From a virus, in the IMG/VR virus record IMGVR_UViG_3300050821_003315: 64,000 nt of DNA, one strand, 5' to 3'. The notes beneath the pieces were generated by a model. That model was not told the origin of the DNA. It ran no database searches and saw only the letters and a program-made list of their open reading frames with translations. Of this stretch, positions 48,911 through 54,740 are shown piece by piece. How positions within the stretch are numbered: position 1 is the stretch's first letter; every line of letters starts with the position of its first letter. Position numbers and translations under genes: made by a program.

Positions 48911-49084
48911 ATGGCCATGAAGGACGAGTTCGAGAAGCTGCGTTACGCTGCTGACCTACTTAAGTCAGGTACACCTGTGGAGAAACAAGCAGCCCTAGAG
49001 CACGTTGAGCATATTTTGCGCACTAGTACAAGCACTACGTTGCTAACTGAAGCTAAGCGCATAAAGCGCCGGGAGGTTAAGTGA
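48911..49084 (+). CDS. 57-aa hypothetical protein (below cutoff)
   Basis: RBS AAGGAG; GTGA overlap with next gene. Confidence 0.55.
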   Translation: MAMKDEFEKLRYAADLLKSGTPVEKQAALEHVEHILRTSTSTTLLTEAKRIKRREVK

Positions 49085-49503
49085 ATCTAGGTTTCACAGG
49101 CACCCGAAATGGCATGACACGAGAGCAAATGCAAACCCTTCAGCGCATAGTCCAGGCTATAGCGCCAGCTAGGTTTCATCACGGTGCCTGTGTTGGCGCT
49201 GACGAACAAGCTGTAGTAGCCGTGAGGTATTTCTTGCCTCCGGAAGGTGTCGTAGCGTATCCACCTGATGACGACAAGCTAATTTCTCCTGAAGCTATCA
49301 GGTTGTCTGGTGTCGTACGCCCTCCGGAGCCATACCTGAAGCGGAATATGGCTATCGTCAGAGCGTCCTGGGTCCTGGTGGCCACACCGGAACAATCTGA
49401 AGAGCAGATGCGTTCTGGTACTTGGACGACAATTCGTTACGGGCGAGCAGCGAAGCACCCTGTGTTCATCATCCGACCCAACGGTCTCATAGAGGTTCAG
49501 TGA
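49081..49503 (+). CDS. SLOG (DprA/YspA-like) nucleotide-binding protein
   Basis: GFTGTR; HHGACVGAD; YLKRNMAIV; RSGTWTTIRY. Confidence 0.8.
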   Translation: MNLGFTGTRNGMTREQMQTLQRIVQAIAPARFHHGACVGADEQAVVAVRYFLPPEGVVAYPPDDDKLISPEAIRLSGVVRPPEPYLKRNMAIVRASWVLVATPEQSEEQMRSGTWTTIRYGRAAKHPVFIIRPNGLIEVQ

Positions 49504-49931
49504 AAATCTATCTAGCCAATAAGATGGCAGGGCTTCCGGAGTTTAACTTCCCGTGGTTCGACGCTGCGGCAACTTCGTTGCGCAGCATTCCTTTGGTTAC
49601 GGAAGTATTCAATCCGGCTGAAGAGGACCGTAAGTACGGTTTCGACGCGAAGGGTCTGGCAGGTAACGAGGATGAGGCTATAGCGCGCGGATTCGACCGT
49701 AGGCGCACTCTAGGACTGGACTGGGCCTGGATTGCGGCTAACAGTGATGGGTGCGCTGTAGGTCCCGATTGGCACCGCTCAATGGGTACTAAGTCTGAGA
49801 TAGCGTGCCATCAAGCGCTCGGACTTCCTGTGTGGCTATTCACGGAATTCATCCAAAACTGGGATACCTCTAACCTTTATGAGCTAGTTATTCCGGAGCT
49901 AATTACTCTGGGTAGTACACTGGTTACATGA
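49500..49931 (+). CDS. DUF4406 / nucleoside 2-deoxyribosyltransferase-like protein
   Basis: KIYLANKMAGLPEFNFPWF...VFNPAE...WHRSMGTKSE. Confidence 0.82.
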   Translation: MKIYLANKMAGLPEFNFPWFDAAATSLRSIPLVTEVFNPAEEDRKYGFDAKGLAGNEDEAIARGFDRRRTLGLDWAWIAANSDGCAVGPDWHRSMGTKSEIACHQALGLPVWLFTEFIQNWDTSNLYELVIPELITLGSTLVT

Positions 49932-50494
49932 TTATTCCCGGACTAGCTCTAGCAGCAAGCATGTTTAATCCGACAGGCTGGGAGGGTTACTCCTGGCCTG
50001 TCAGCACATCCAAGGTTTCAGCCCAGTTCACGATACCCACTGTGCGGCCCCCAAACGGCGCTGTAGCGTTCTGGGCGGGTCTTGGCAAGGGGAACCCAGG
50101 CATCCAGCAGGACGGCGTTGAGTGTGCCGAACTGAACGGTTTCGGCGGGTGCAGTCCGTGGTATGAGATGTGGCCAGCCGCAGCTCAGGCACTTCCGGGC
50201 ACCGTAAAGGCCGGCGACCACATGAAGTTCTCTGTAGCGCACACAGGTGACGATTACGTCCTGCAAGTGTTTGACCTTACACGGCACTGGACTGACACCG
50301 TACACACGGAATACGGTTCACACGAGAACAGCGGAGAAGCCATTGCTGAGGCGTTTGGGCAACCTCTACCGGGCTTCACGGCAGCATCCTTCACCCACAC
50401 ATCCGGGGTGCTCCAGCAGCTTTATAAGTTCCCGTTCTCCGGAACGTCCATAATCAAGGACTCGTCCACGTCGTTTACAGTTCACAAGCTTTAA
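49928..50494 (+). CDS. Secreted G1-family glutamic peptidase (eqolisin-like)
   Basis: Hydrophobic N-terminus; WEGY; VSAQFTIP; FWAGLG; IQQDG (catalytic Q); WYEMWP; SGEAIAE (catalytic E). Confidence 0.8.
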   Translation: MIIPGLALAASMFNPTGWEGYSWPVSTSKVSAQFTIPTVRPPNGAVAFWAGLGKGNPGIQQDGVECAELNGFGGCSPWYEMWPAAAQALPGTVKAGDHMKFSVAHTGDDYVLQVFDLTRHWTDTVHTEYGSHENSGEAIAEAFGQPLPGFTAASFTHTSGVLQQLYKFPFSGTSIIKDSSTSFTVHKL

Positions 50495-50495
50495 A

Positions 50496-50576
50496 TGGAC
50501 TAGCAGGGAATCGAACCCTGGTGCTACTAGCTTCCGACGTTGCGGCTTTATCTAGCAGACGAGACCAACCTAGCCC
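50496..50576 (-). ncRNA. 81-nt tmRNA tRNA-like-domain (TLD)-only RNA with G3.U70 alanine identity
   Basis: GGGCTAG / CTAGTCC-A acceptor; stemless D loop GTTGGTCTCGT; helix CTGCTAG/CTAGTAG; 3-nt connector CAC; T arm CAGGG TTCGATT CCCTG. Confidence 0.65.
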
Positions 50577-50611
50577 AAGTTCAAGTGTAACTCAATCAGT
50601 GATAAGCGAAG

Positions 50612-50680
50612 TGCCCTCGCCCGGAGTCGAACCGGGTAGCCAAGCTTAGGAGGCTCGGCGCTGCGTCCGTCAGCGGGGGC
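50612..50680 (-). tRNA. tRNA-Arg(CCT), compact 69-nt form
   Basis: CCGAGC CTCCTAA GCTTGG; T loop TTCGACT. Confidence 0.75.
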
Positions 50681-50684
50681 AAAG

Positions 50685-50757
50685 AGGGGCATGTGGGAGT
50701 CGAACCCACGACTTCCGGGTTGCAGCCGGAATCCCGAAAACCATCGAGACATGCCCC
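50685..50757 (-). tRNA. tRNA-Cys(GCA)
   Basis: TCCGG CTGCAAC CCGGA; U73. Confidence 0.88.
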
Positions 50758-50758
50758 A

Positions 50759-50830
50759 TGGTGCTTCTATCCGGAGTCGAACCGGACAACCAACCTTCGG
50801 AGGGTCGGCGGAAGTTCCCCTACTAGAAGC
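50759..50830 (-). tRNA. tRNA-Arg(CCG), compact form, CCA encoded
   Basis: CCGACC CTCCGAA GGTTGG. Confidence 0.75.
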
Positions 50831-50834
50831 ACAG

Positions 50835-50910
50835 TGACCCCACAGGGATTTGAACCCTGAAAACTCCTGCTTGAAAGGCAGGTGACTTTAACCAATTTGT
50901 CCATGGGGCC
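50835..50910 (-). tRNA. tRNA-Glu(TTC)
   Basis: CCTGC CTTTCAA GCAGG. Confidence 0.92.
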
Positions 50911-50941
50911 TTGCAACTACAGTGTACACGGTTGCGCGCAG

Positions 50942-51015
50942 TGACCCTACAGGGACTTGAACCCTGAAACTCCACCTTGAGAGGGTGGCGACTTTACCTA
51001 TTTGTCTATAGGGCC
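50942..51015 (-). tRNA. tRNA-Glu(CTC)
   Basis: CCACC CTCTCAA GGTGG. Confidence 0.93.
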
Positions 51016-51018
51016 ATA

Positions 51019-51330
51019 CTAAATTTCTGCACCTGATTCAGGATAAGGACCTACTAGGTCATTTGAATCAAGAACAGGGTCTAGGAACTTGGCTATGATA
51101 GCTAGCCTGCTCCAGGTTATGAGGAATTTTCGTCCCGCGTAGTCTCCGTCAGAAACATTAATGCTGAGTCCTGACGGAAGTATCGCGCAATCTTCTTTCT
51201 TGAAGGACATATTATCTAGTTCGCGGGAGTGAGTTACAATTCGGATGCGAGTTACATCCTCATCGTTCCACCACGGAGGGTACAAGTAGGCGTTAGCCAA
51301 ATCGTTTTCCCTAATTACTCCGCGAGACAT
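51019..51330 (-). CDS. Hypothetical protein inside tRNA array
   Basis: RBS GGAGG and TAAGCT -10 upstream. Confidence 0.6.
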   Translation of the reverse strand: MSRGVIRENDLANAYLYPPWWNDEDVTRIRIVTHSRELDNMSFKKEDCAILPSGLSINVSDGDYAGRKFLITWSRLAIIAKFLDPVLDSNDLVGPYPESGAEI

Positions 51331-51365
51331 AAGCTGCTACCTCCAAGGTTTCAGCTTATCACGTT

Positions 51366-51437
51366 TGGCGCGGCACCAGGGAGTCTAACCCTGCCTAGGA
51401 ATTTAGAAGATTCCCGCCCGAATACGTCGGCTGCCGC
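51366..51437 (-). tRNA. tRNA-Arg(TCT), compact form with TTAGACT T loop, CCA encoded
   Basis: GGGAAT CTTCTAA ATTCCT; D arm CCGA CGTAT TCGG. Confidence 0.7.
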
Positions 51438-51441
51438 GTAG

Positions 51442-51514
51442 TGCCTCCCCAGAGACTCGAACTCTGATACACGGGGTAAAAGCCCGTTGTCCTACGCTAT
51501 TGAACGAAGGAGGC
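51442..51514 (-). tRNA. tRNA-Lys(TTT)
   Basis: ACGGG CTTTTAC CCCGT. Confidence 0.9.
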
Positions 51515-51518
51515 AAAG

Positions 51519-51590
51519 TAGGGTCGCAGGGAATTGAACCCTGTTAGCATGTGTATAAGACATGCGTCCTAACCAGTGAACGACGACCCC
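51519..51590 (-). tRNA. tRNA-Ile(TAT)
   Basis: CATGT CTTATAC ACATG. Confidence 0.88.
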
Positions 51591-51591
51591 G

Positions 51592-51665
51592 TAGCTCACC
51601 TGGGAATTGAACCCAGCACGTCTATCTTATCAGGATAGTTCCACCCACCAGGTGGACTGTGAGCC
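51592..51665 (-). tRNA. tRNA-Ile(GAT)
   Basis: CTATC CTGATAA GATAG; extended D stem. Confidence 0.85.
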
Positions 51666-51669
51666 AAAG

Positions 51670-51750
51670 CGGAAGATTGAGGTGCCGACCCCCGCACCTT
51701 TCGGTGCATCCGGGTTCAAACCGGATTGCCAGGCCGCTGGCTAACCTTCC
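51670..51750 (-). tRNA. tRNA-Ser(TGA), atypical T arm
   Basis: TCCGG TTTGAAC CCGGA; variable arm GCACC GAAA GGTGC; T loop GTCGGCA. Confidence 0.7.
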
Positions 51751-51823
51751 ACGATGTCGCTTTTGTTCAGCCAAGCTGACGGCACGGCAGGGTGCCCTGA
51801 ACGCGATAGTGACCATCGCAGCG

Positions 51824-51907
51824 CGGAAGACAGAGTACTCGAAACCCAGTCCTGACGGACCCATCTGCTTTCGAAACAGCGCCCGCAGCCTTACGGGTTT
51901 ATCTTCC
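51824..51907 (-). tRNA. tRNA-Ser(CGA)
   Basis: CTGT TTCGAAA GCAG; long variable arm; G73. Confidence 0.8.
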
Positions 51908-51911
51908 AACG

Positions 51912-51996
51912 CGGAGAGCGGAGAACTCGAATCCCAGCGCCTTACGACGCCCAGCTCGTTTCCAGCGAGTGCCCAGCCCTGCCAGGTTCACTCTCC
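51912..51996 (-). tRNA. tRNA-Ser(GGA)
   Basis: CTCG CTGGAAA CGAG; long variable arm; G73. Confidence 0.83.
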
Positions 51997-52007
51997 ATGT
52001 TACTGCG

Positions 52008-52082
52008 TAGCCGCCGTGGGACTCGAACCCACAACCTCAGGCACCTAAAGCCTGCGCCTCTGCCAAATTGGGCTAGGCGGCC
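52008..52082 (-). tRNA. tRNA-Leu(TAG), short variable loop
   Basis: CAGGC TTTAGGT GCCTG. Confidence 0.9.
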
Positions 52083-52152
52083 ATACTGCCCCGTTAATCC
52101 TCATCATACAGGCCCTGTACACAGGCTGAGGTGCGTGGAGGCTTACGCAGTG

Positions 52153-52237
52153 CGGAAGATTGAGAACTCGAATCCCAGTGCATCTCTACACCGCACTCGT
52201 TAGCAGCGAGGCCCAGAACCTATCTGGTTAATCTTCC
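52153..52237 (-). tRNA. tRNA-Ser(GCT)
   Basis: CTCG CTGCTAA CGAG; long variable arm. Confidence 0.83.
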
Positions 52238-52246
52238 AAGGGGGTT

Positions 52247-52319
52247 TCTGTGACGGACTTAAAGGCTTTATCCTACAGCGTACTCGCTGCCCGGACGCCT
52301 AAACCGGGACTTCCACAGA
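52247..52319 (-). ncRNA. Circularly permuted tRNA-like RNA (T arm - closed acceptor - D arm)
   Basis: TCTGTG GAAGT CCCGG TTTAGGCGT CCGGG CAGCG AGTA CGCTG TA GGAT AAAGCCTTTAA GTCC GT CACAGA. Confidence 0.55.
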
Positions 52320-52322
52320 CCG

Positions 52323-52397
52323 TGCCGCTCCGGGGATTCGAACCCCGAACATCTGGCTTCTGAGGCCAGCGCCTCTACCTAATTGGACTAGAGCGGC
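52323..52397 (-). tRNA. tRNA-Leu(CAG), short variable loop
   Basis: CTGGC CTCAGAA GCCAG. Confidence 0.92.
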
Positions 52398-52416
52398 ATA
52401 AGCTCTTTCGAGCCAG

Positions 52417-52488
52417 AGTGGATGACGGGATTCGAACCCGCAACCATCACCTTGGCAAGGTGATACGCTACCGTTGCGCCACATCCAC
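52417..52488 (-). tRNA. tRNA-Gly(GCC)
   Basis: TCACC TTGCCAA GGTGA. Confidence 0.95.
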
Positions 52489-52506
52489 ATAGTGCTTTTC
52501 GCACAG

Positions 52507-52579
52507 AGCCTTGACCGAGATTCGAACTCGGGACCTCATCCGTACCAAGGATGTGCTCTTCCGCTGGAGCTATCAAGGC
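52507..52579 (-). tRNA. tRNA-Thr(GGT)
   Basis: CATCC TTGGTAC GGATG. Confidence 0.94.
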
Positions 52580-52583
52580 AAAG

Positions 52584-52654
52584 CTGCGGTACAAGGATTC
52601 GAACCTCGATAGACGGGACCAAAACCCGTCGTCCTGCCGTTAGACGATACCGCA
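52584..52654 (-). tRNA. tRNA-Gln(TTG)
   Basis: ACGGG TTTTGGT CCCGT; U1-A72. Confidence 0.93.
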
Positions 52655-52667
52655 TTAACGTACTACG

Positions 52668-52739
52668 AGCCTCGTGCAGGATTTGAACCCGCGACCTTCG
52701 CCTTACAAGGGCACTGCTCTTCCACTGAGCTAACGAGGC
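52668..52739 (-). tRNA. tRNA-Thr(TGT)
   Basis: GCC CTTGTAA GGC. Confidence 0.9.
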
Positions 52740-52751
52740 ATTGTTACTGCG

Positions 52752-52836
52752 TGCGCGAAGAGGGACTTGAACCCTCACGACTCTTCCGAGTCACTGGACT
52801 CTCATTCCAGCGTGTCTGCCATTTCACCATCCGCGC
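52752..52836 (-). tRNA. tRNA-Leu(GAG), long variable arm
   Basis: CTGGA ATGAGAG TCCAG. Confidence 0.92.
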
Positions 52837-52855
52837 ATAGTTCCTTTCGGAACAG

Positions 52856-52923
52856 AGCCTCATCGGAGAATTGAACTCCGCGACATCCCCGTACGAAGGG
52901 GCTGTGTACCCAGTACATGAGGC
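52856..52923 (-). tRNA. tRNA-Thr(CGT), compact 68-nt form
   Basis: CCCC TTCGTAC GGGG; D arm GTAC TGG GTAC directly after the acceptor strand. Confidence 0.7.
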
Positions 52924-52927
52924 AAAG

Positions 52928-52998
52928 CTCCGGGGCAGAGATTCGAACTCCAATTAATAGGTTCAGAGCCTATCGTCCTGCCGTTAGACGACCCCGGA
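52928..52998 (-). tRNA. tRNA-Gln(CTG)
   Basis: ATAGG CTCTGAA CCTAT. Confidence 0.93.
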
Positions 52999-53015
52999 AT
53001 AGCGCTTTCGCGCAG

Positions 53016-53093
53016 TGCCGAATGAGGGAATCGAACCCCCGGTGCCAAAGGCAACAGTTTTACAGACTGCTTCCACTCCACGTGGTATCCGGC
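53016..53093 (-). tRNA. tRNA-Tyr(GTA), shortened D arm
   Basis: GCAGT CTGTAAA ACTGT; variable arm GCC TTT GGC. Confidence 0.82.
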
Positions 53094-53094
53094 A

Positions 53095-53170
53095 TGGTGT
53101 GACCGCTGGGAATTGAACCCAGATGGCTAGTTTCACAAACTAGCGTGTTAACCATTACACCACGGTCACC
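53095..53170 (-). tRNA. tRNA-His(GTG), CCA encoded
   Basis: CTAGT TTGTGAA ACTAG. Confidence 0.92.
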
Positions 53171-53171
53171 G

Positions 53172-53243
53172 TAGGCGATGAGGGATTCGAACCCCCGACT
53201 TTCTCTTTGTAAGAGAGATGCTCTTCCACTGAACTAATCGCCC
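53172..53243 (-). tRNA. tRNA-Val(TAC)
   Basis: TCTCT CTTACAA AGAGA. Confidence 0.95.
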
Positions 53244-53262
53244 ATAGCGCATTTCTGCGCAG

Positions 53263-53336
53263 TGCACTAGGAGGGATTCGAACCCCCAAGTCTCTTGATT
53301 CGTAGTCAAGTGCATTATCCGTTTTGCTACTAGTGC
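53263..53336 (-). tRNA. tRNA-Arg(ACG), canonical
   Basis: CTTGA CTACGAA TCAAG. Confidence 0.93.
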
Positions 53337-53337
53337 G

Positions 53338-53412
53338 CGACCCTAACGGGATTTGAACCCGTAACCTCCGCCGTGACAGGGCGGTGCTCTGACCAAGTTG
53401 AGCTATAGAGCC
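53338..53412 (-). tRNA. tRNA-Asp(GTC)
   Basis: CCGCC CTGTCAC GGCGG. Confidence 0.96.
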
Positions 53413-53431
53413 ATATCCTCTTGCGAGGAAG

Positions 53432-53503
53432 CTCCTGTGATAGGATTCGAACCTATAACCAAGCGGTTAACAGCCGCCTACTCTGCCGTTGAGCTACACA
53501 GGA
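53432..53503 (-). tRNA. tRNA-Asn(GTT)
   Basis: GGCGG CTGTTAA CCGCT. Confidence 0.95.
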
Positions 53504-53540
53504 TTAGCGCTTTCGCGCGGGTACACCTTAAGTATACCAG

Positions 53541-53611
53541 TACCTAGGGAGGGAATCGAACCCTCGTGTCTGGCTTATGAGACCAGTGTTCTTCCATTGA
53601 ACTACCCAGGC
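53541..53611 (-). tRNA. tRNA-Met(CAT), elongator (Ile2 not excluded)
   Basis: CTGGT CTCATAA GCCAG. Confidence 0.88.
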
Positions 53612-53614
53612 AAG

Positions 53615-53691
53615 TGGGGGCGCGTCCCGGATTTGAACCGGGGTTCTCCAGATTATGGGCCTGGCGAGATACCGAACTTCTCCAACGCGCA
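53615..53691 (-). tRNA. Initiator-like tRNA(CAT), atypical
   Basis: U1xC72 mismatch; fMet-like D arm GGAGAAGTTCGGTATCTCG; CCAGG CCCATAA TCTGG. Confidence 0.75.
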
Positions 53692-53692
53692 G

Positions 53693-53767
53693 TGCCCGAC
53701 CGGGGACTCGAACCCCGAACATCCGGTGTTTGAAACCGGCGACTCTACCTAATTGGCCTAGTCGGGC
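53693..53767 (-). tRNA. tRNA-Leu(CAA), short variable loop
   Basis: CCGGT TTCAAAC ACCGG. Confidence 0.92.
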
Positions 53768-53774
53768 AAACCTT

Positions 53775-53975
53775 CTAAAAGTGTCCCACAATCCTCCAGA
53801 TAGTCTGACTGTGGTAACGCTCGCAACGCAAGAACCAGTAACTGTGATACACAGCCCTTGTACCGAGTCGCGAACAGGAAGTGTTCGGAGCCGGGTGAGA
53901 CTGCGATGCTAGGGCTGAACCGCTGCCCAGTGCTATCGCTGCAATCGTGAACAAGGCTACAAGTAGTTTCTTCAT
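53775..53975 (-). CDS. Small secreted protein inside tRNA array
   Basis: MKKLLVALFTIAAIALGSGSALA signal peptide; two Cys; TAAACT -10 box 6 nt upstream (leaderless). Confidence 0.75.
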   Translation of the reverse strand: MKKLLVALFTIAAIALGSGSALASQSHPAPNTSCSRLGTRAVYHSYWFLRCERYHSQTIWRIVGHF

Positions 53976-53991
53976 GATTACAGTTTAGCAG

Positions 53992-54063
53992 TACCCCGCC
54001 AGGGATTCGAACCCTGACAACGCTGGGTAAGAGCCAGCTGCACTACCGTTATGCTAACGGGGC
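53992..54063 (-). tRNA. tRNA-Lys(CTT)
   Basis: GCTGG CTCTTAC CCAGC. Confidence 0.94.
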
Positions 54064-54067
54064 AAAG

Positions 54068-54139
54068 AGCGAGTGACGGGATTCGAACCCGCAGTGCCAC
54101 TTTGGAAGAGTGGGAGTTTAACCATTAACCAACACTCGC
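54068..54139 (-). tRNA. tRNA-Gly(TCC)
   Basis: CCACT CTTCCAA AGTGG. Confidence 0.9.
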
Positions 54140-54156
54140 ATAGCGCTTTCGCGCAG

Positions 54157-54228
54157 TGGCTCCCAGAAGACTTGAACTTCTTTATCTTGGGCTTCAACCA
54201 AGTGCTCTACCATATGAGCTAGAGAGCC
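54157..54228 (-). tRNA. tRNA-Phe(GAA)
   Basis: CTTGG TTGAAGC CCAAG. Confidence 0.9.
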
Positions 54229-54247
54229 ATAACCCTTTATAGGGCAG

Positions 54248-54318
54248 TCGGGATGCGGAGAATCGAACTCCGTCTGCATGCTCCCAAAGCATGCGCGCTA
54301 CCAGTACGCTACACCCCG
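54248..54318 (-). tRNA. tRNA-Pro(TGG)
   Basis: CATGC TTTGGGA GCATG. Confidence 0.93.
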
Positions 54319-54380
54319 TGGAGCCCGGTTTATTTTGGTTGCTCCGGAAATCACGGCAACTCGTTCATCATTGAACTACG

Positions 54381-54455
54381 TCAGAGTGGTGGGATTCGAA
54401 CCCACGACCTCCTGCATCCCGAGCAGGCACGCTAACCAAGCTGCGCTACACCCTG
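54381..54455 (-). tRNA. tRNA-Pro(GGG)
   Basis: CCTGC TCGGGAT GCAGG (C33). Confidence 0.9.
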
Positions 54456-54484
54456 ATACAGCCACCGCTTGCAATCAGTGGCCT

Positions 54485-54577
54485 AAGTTACATTCGCCGC
54501 TCTGCCATTAAGCTACAGTGCCGTGGGAGCTACCCTTGCACTGACCGGAGTCGAACCGGCACCTGTTTCTGTAACTT
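54485..54577 (-). ncRNA. YrlA-type bacterial Y RNA (permuted tRNA mimic)
   Basis: AAGTTACA...T arm GCCGG TTCGACT CCGGT - CAGTGC/GCACTG closed acceptor - TA - D arm GCTT AATGGCA GAGC - GGCGAATG motif - TGTAACTT closing stem. Confidence 0.75.
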
Positions 54578-54579
54578 TG

Positions 54580-54654
54580 TCTGGACGGGAGGATTTGAAC
54601 CTCCGACCTCCGCAATCCGAATGCGGCACGCTGACCAAGCTGCGCTACGCCCAG
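54580..54654 (-). tRNA. tRNA-Pro(CGG)
   Basis: CCGCA TTCGGAT TGCGG. Confidence 0.93.
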
Positions 54655-54740
54655 TTAAAGCACGGTGTGCTATGCTCCCTACACCATCCTGCCCCTGTTG
54701 GGACGGGTGCCGATTCCAACGGCGACCTCCGTGAACTAAC
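54655..54740 (-). ncRNA. Circularly permuted tRNA-like RNA
   Basis: CACGG AGGTC GCCG TTGGAAT CGGC A CCCGTCCC AACA GGGGCAGG A TG GTGT AGGGAGCATA GCAC A CCGTG. Confidence 0.65.

Noticed and set aside
51366-51437. Amber suppressor / tRNA-Pyl (CTA) reading
   Set aside because: The best pairing (GGGAAT/ATTCCT) centres TCT in a 7-nt loop; the CTA register breaks the stem.
52086-52150. Hammerhead or twister ribozyme
   Set aside because: The core motifs (CTGANGA...GAAA; twister conserved loops) are not present in the right arrangement.
54655-54665. Ochre suppressor anticodon (CT TTA AC) at the end of the permuted element
   Set aside because: The final C belongs to tRNA-Pro(CGG) and the ligation junction is unknown, so the anticodon cannot be assigned.
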